Assembly: GCA_019634835.1 (NCBI GenBank)
Contig: JAHCAO010000006.1
Coordinates: 46,298-110,297 of the forward strand
Source of the DNA: Gammaproteobacteria bacterium
GTDB taxonomy: Bacteria > Pseudomonadota > Gammaproteobacteria > DSM-16500
Reading direction: 5' to 3'
DNA: 64,000 bases
This document shows, one piece after another, positions 60,910 through 64,000 of the stretch. Both the position numbers and the translations under genes were made by a program. Below the pieces are notes generated by a model. It had not been told where the DNA came from and did not search any database. It worked only from the letters and a program-made list of their open reading frames with translations. Position 1 is the stretch's first letter. The number at the start of each line of letters is the position of its first letter.

Positions 60910-62586
60910 TTAATGCGGTACCGATGAACTTCGCAGCGCCCGCCTTAATATCTTTCCTACATTTGTTTTTGGTAATTCTTCAACAAACTCAACATACTTA
61001 GGAACCTTATAAGGTGTTAAATGTTCCCGCGAGTATTGAATGACATTATCGGCTGTTAAGTTAGGGTCATTTTTAACAATAAATACTTTTGGCACTTCGC
61101 CAGAATTCTCATCAGGGAATGCGACAACAGCAACCTCATGCACCCCTTTTAACTGTGCCAAAACATCTTCTACTTCATTTGGATAAACATTAAAACCAGA
61201 CACCAAAATCATGTCTTTTTTTCGTTCAAGAAGACGCACGTAACCGTTTTCATCAATTGATGCAATGTCACCCGTTAAAAGCCAACCATCTTTAGTAAAG
61301 ACTTTTGCCGTTTCAGCTGGATTATTCCAGTACCCTTTCATCACTTGCGGGCCCTTCACAGCTAACTCACCTGGTTGGCCAATAGGTACTTCATTCTCCT
61401 CAGCATCCAATATACAAATATCTGTCGATGGAACTGGCAAACCAATCGTGCCATTAAACTGCTGCAAATGACTTGGGTTAATAGTCACACAAGGTGATGT
61501 TTCCGTTAGACCATATGCTTCTAATAATGGTGCATGCGTTATATTTTGCCATTTTTCCGCGACCACTTTTTGCATAGCCATGCCCCCGCCTAACGCAAGA
61601 TGTATATGGCTAAAATCTAGCTTCATAAACTGTGGATTTTTCATCAACGCATTAAATAATGTATTCACCCCTGTAATGGCTGTAAATTTGAATTTTCTCA
61701 TCTCTTTTATCATGCTAGGAATATCACGAGGATTCGTGATTAATACATTCAATCCGCCAATTTTTGTAAAATACAAACAATTTGCCGTTAAAGAAAAGAT
61801 ATGGTACAGCGGTAACGCCGTAATAATGACTTCATTTTTATCTACAAGCAACGTGTTAAACCAAGCATCTGCTTGTTGAATATTAGCAATTAAGTTTCGA
61901 TGCGTTAATATCGCCCCTTTAGAAATACCCGTTGTTCCTCCTGTATACTGTAAAAAAGCGATATCCTGATTGGTAAAAGAGACAGGAGCAAATGGAAAAT
62001 GTTTACCTTTGGCTAAAGTTTCTTTGAGATAAATCACATGAGGAATATTCCAGTGTGGAATCTTTTTATAAACATACTTTAAAACAAAATTTATTACCCA
62101 TCCTTTTAATGGCTTTAACAAATCACCTACACTTGTGATAATGACATTTTTTAACTGTGGAAGATTAGGCAGTGCTTTTTGTATTGTCGATGCAAAATTT
62201 GTTACAGCCACAATAGTCTCTGTTCCACTATCTGCTAACTGATGTGATAACTCATCAGCTGTATAAAGCGGATTAACATTTACAACAATCAGGCCAGCAC
62301 GCAGCGCACCAAACATCACGATGGGATACTGCAACAAATTCGGCATCATAATTGCGAAGCGATCGCCTTTCTTTAACTTTAATTCATGCTGTAAATAAGC
62401 AGCAAAATCACGGCTATATTGATCAATTTGGCTATAGGTAAGCGTGTTGCCTAGATTATAATAAGCAGGTTGGCTAGAGTATTCTTCACAACTCTTTTCA
62501 AACACTTCTATTAGTGATTGATACGCATCAGGATTAATTTCAGCAGGCACTCCATCTTGATAGCTTTTTAACCAGATTTTTTCCAC
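60910..62586 (-). CDS. fadD: Long-chain fatty acid-CoA ligase
   Basis: N-terminus VEKIWLKSYQDGVPAEINPDAYQSL parallels E. coli FadD. AMP-binding motif YTGGTTGISKGA, and GWLLTGD. GTG 62586 has a AAGGAAAA SD. The longer listed ORF runs into tRNA-Pro. Confidence 0.9.
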   Translation of the reverse strand: MEKIWLKSYQDGVPAEINPDAYQSLIEVFEKSCEEYSSQPAYYNLGNTLTYSQIDQYSRDFAAYLQHELKLKKGDRFAIMMPNLLQYPIVMFGALRAGLIVVNVNPLYTADELSHQLADSGTETIVAVTNFASTIQKALPNLPQLKNVIITSVGDLLKPLKGWVINFVLKYVYKKIPHWNIPHVIYLKETLAKGKHFPFAPVSFTNQDIAFLQYTGGTTGISKGAILTHRNLIANIQQADAWFNTLLVDKNEVIITALPLYHIFSLTANCLYFTKIGGLNVLITNPRDIPSMIKEMRKFKFTAITGVNTLFNALMKNPQFMKLDFSHIHLALGGGMAMQKVVAEKWQNITHAPLLEAYGLTETSPCVTINPSHLQQFNGTIGLPVPSTDICILDAEENEVPIGQPGELAVKGPQVMKGYWNNPAETAKVFTKDGWLLTGDIASIDENGYVRLLERKKDMILVSGFNVYPNEVEDVLAQLKGVHEVAVVAFPDENSGEVPKVFIVKNDPNLTADNVIQYSREHLTPYKVPKYVEFVEELPKTNVGKILRRALRSSSVPH

Positions 62587-62616
62587 GCTATTTTCCTTGC
62601 GATAAATACGATTTAA

Positions 62617-62690
62617 TCGGGACGGCCGGATTTGAACCGGCGACCACTTGCGCCCCATGCAAGTGCGCTACCAAGCTGCGCCACGCCCCG
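62617..62690 (-). tRNA. tRNA-Pro (anticodon GGG)
   Basis: The minus strand reads CGGGGCGTGGCGCAGCTTGGTAGCGCACTTGCATGGGGCGCAAGTGGTCGCCGGTTCAAATCCGGCCGTCCCGA. The cloverleaf has a 7-bp acceptor stem (one G-U pair), anticodon loop ATGGGGC and T loop TTCAAAT. Confidence 0.9.
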
Positions 62691-62769
62691 CTAGAAATCT
62701 CCTAACTATAAATCATTGACATTCAACATCAGGAGAGACAAATTCAGTGAACCGATCCACTCATACAAA

Positions 62770-63150
62770 CTAATGACTAACTTTTATTTCTGATTGTAGA
62801 TTTTGCAAAACACTTTCAAGTTCTGCAATAACTTTTTTTACCATTGCATTCACTTTTACGGATTGACTAACTGATTCAGGCATATTTGACAATTGTATTC
62901 TGGCACCTTCAATCGTAAACCCATCCTCATATAATAATTTTTTGATCTGTCGTACCAGCAAAATATCTCGATGCTGATAGTAGCGCCTATTACCACGACG
63001 CTTTACTGGTTTAAGTTGAGGAAACTCCTGCTCCCAATACCGAAGAACATAAGCTTTTAGCGCACAAAGACGGCTAACTTCGCTAATAGTAAAATATAAT
63101 TTATCAGGAATAGCAGGCAAATCTCGCTCAGTCTGCTGCTTACGCTTCAC
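62770..63150 (-). CDS. MerR-family transcriptional regulator
   Basis: N-terminal wHTH ([25 protein letters not shown]). Positioned after ihfA, as in many gammaproteobacteria. The start overlaps the ihfA stop (ATGA). Confidence 0.8.
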   Translation of the reverse strand: MKRKQQTERDLPAIPDKLYFTISEVSRLCALKAYVLRYWEQEFPQLKPVKRRGNRRYYQHRDILLVRQIKKLLYEDGFTIEGARIQLSNMPESVSQSVKVNAMVKKVIAELESVLQNLQSEIKVSH

Positions 63151-63470
63151 TTTTCATCTCCTGAATTTTCCTTAATCTCCTTACCAATAAACTTTTCCAC
63201 ACGCGCTTTAAGCTTTTGGCCACAATGAAAGGTAACAACACGACGCGCTGTCACTGGTACTTCTTCACCTGTTCGAGGATTACGACCAGGACGTTCTCTT
63301 TTATCGTGCAGCGTGAAATTACCAAACCCAGATATTTTCACCTGCTGACCATTAATTAACGCATCGCTAATGTACTGAAAAAATAGCTCTACAATTTCCT
63401 TAGCTTCGCGATTCGTTAAACCAATTTCTTCATCTAAATGTTTTGCGAGATCAGCTTTTGTTAGTGTCAT
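63147..63470 (-). CDS. ihfA: Integration host factor subunit alpha
   Basis: [12 protein letters not shown]..., [34 protein letters not shown] is the HU/IHF arm. It follows pheT. Confidence 0.93.
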   Translation of the reverse strand: MTLTKADLAKHLDEEIGLTNREAKEIVELFFQYISDALINGQQVKISGFGNFTLHDKRERPGRNPRTGEEVPVTARRVVTFHCGQKLKARVEKFIGKEIKENSGDEK

Positions 63471-63471
63471 A

Positions 63472-64000
63472 CTATCTCCTTAATTCCGCTCCTAATTTCA
63501 TCCTCAACGTTGAGATAACACGTTCTATTAGCGCAGCGACTTCACTATCTACTAAAGTACGCGTTGGATGTTGAAGCACCAGCGCCAACGCAATACTTTT
63601 AAGACCAGGCAAGATTCCTTTGCCTTGATAGACATCAAATATAAAAATGTCTTTTAACCAATTACCTGCAACCAGTTTTATTGTATCCTGAATATCTCTT
63701 GCTGGTATAGCCTGATTTACCAGAATTGCAATATCTCGTCGAATTTCAGGGAATTTAGCAACTTCCTGAAACCTACCCCCCTCCCCTACTTCCATGAATG
63801 CCAAGTCCATCTCAAATACAAACACGGCTCCTGATATATCTAAAGCCTGGAGAACCAAAGGATGTAATGCACCAAAAATACCTATTTTTTTCTCTCCATG
63901 GTAAATGCCTGCTGTCTGACCAGGATGTAATGCCGGATGGCTATCGGACTTAAACGTCACTAAATTATTCAGCATGAATCGCTTTAAAATACCCTCTATG
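63472..64000 (-). CDS. pheT: Phenylalanine-tRNA ligase beta subunit, 3' part (5' end outside the window)
   Basis: C-terminal FDX-ACB domain ([38 protein letters not shown]). The frame stays open to the window edge. Confidence 0.9.
   Translation of the reverse strand, partial: IEGILKRFMLNNLVTFKSDSHPALHPGQTAGIYHGEKKIGIFGALHPLVLQALDISGAVFVFEMDLAFMEVGEGGRFQEVAKFPEIRRDIAILVNQAIPARDIQDTIKLVAGNWLKDIFIFDVYQGKGILPGLKSIALALVLQHPTRTLVDSEVAALIERVISTLRMKLGAELRR

Noticed and set aside
62587-62658. 24-codon N-terminal extension of fadD (MGRKWSPVQIRPSRLNRIYRKENS).
   Set aside because: It is the reverse reading of tRNA-Pro. Homology to FadD begins exactly at GTG 62586, which has its own SD.

Overview
AT-rich gammaproteobacterial chromosome segment. 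Gene content and order look Legionellales/Coxiellaceae-like (bdhA-patD, AddAB-type instead of RecBCD-type helicase-nuclease, minor type IV pilins, gyrA-cmk-rpsA, pheT-ihfA-merR-tRNA-Pro), but I cannot assign a species from sequence alone. About 50 protein genes, mostly housekeeping. They cover sulfate transport (SulP, cysZ), a ketone-body/PHB module (bdhA-patD-adc), uvrB, mfd, addB/addA-like, the methylcitrate cycle (prpBCD), serC, fumC and pepN. They also cover ubiG, NAD salvage (pncA, nadE), bamD-rluD-pgeF, htrA, rpsA, cmk, gyrA, fadD, ihfA and the pheT 3' end. Two tRNAs are present: Asn-GTT and Pro-GGG. I see no rRNA, CRISPR array, transposase, integrase, prophage or recognisable defence-system genes. 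The signal not explained by genes is a dense population of structured palindromic repeats in intergenic and intercistronic spacers, at least 17 copies in 5 families. Families A, C and D share one architecture: a long stem (up to 69 bp, perfect) capped by a conserved core holding two small hairpins. In A and C the core is more conserved than the arms, and arm substitutions are mirrored on the partner arm. All four full-length A cores carry an intact 23-codon ORF behind a purine-rich SD-like tract. One C copy supplies the stop codon of a pilW-like gene. A 69-bp perfect palindrome abuts the putative gyrA promoter. The only clearly accessory gene patch is about 48.7-53.3 kb. It holds a secreted metzincin protease, an orphan HAD-like/glycine-zipper membrane protein and a small secreted orphan, and is bounded and interrupted by repeat copies. 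All homology calls rest on motif recognition by eye; no searches were run.
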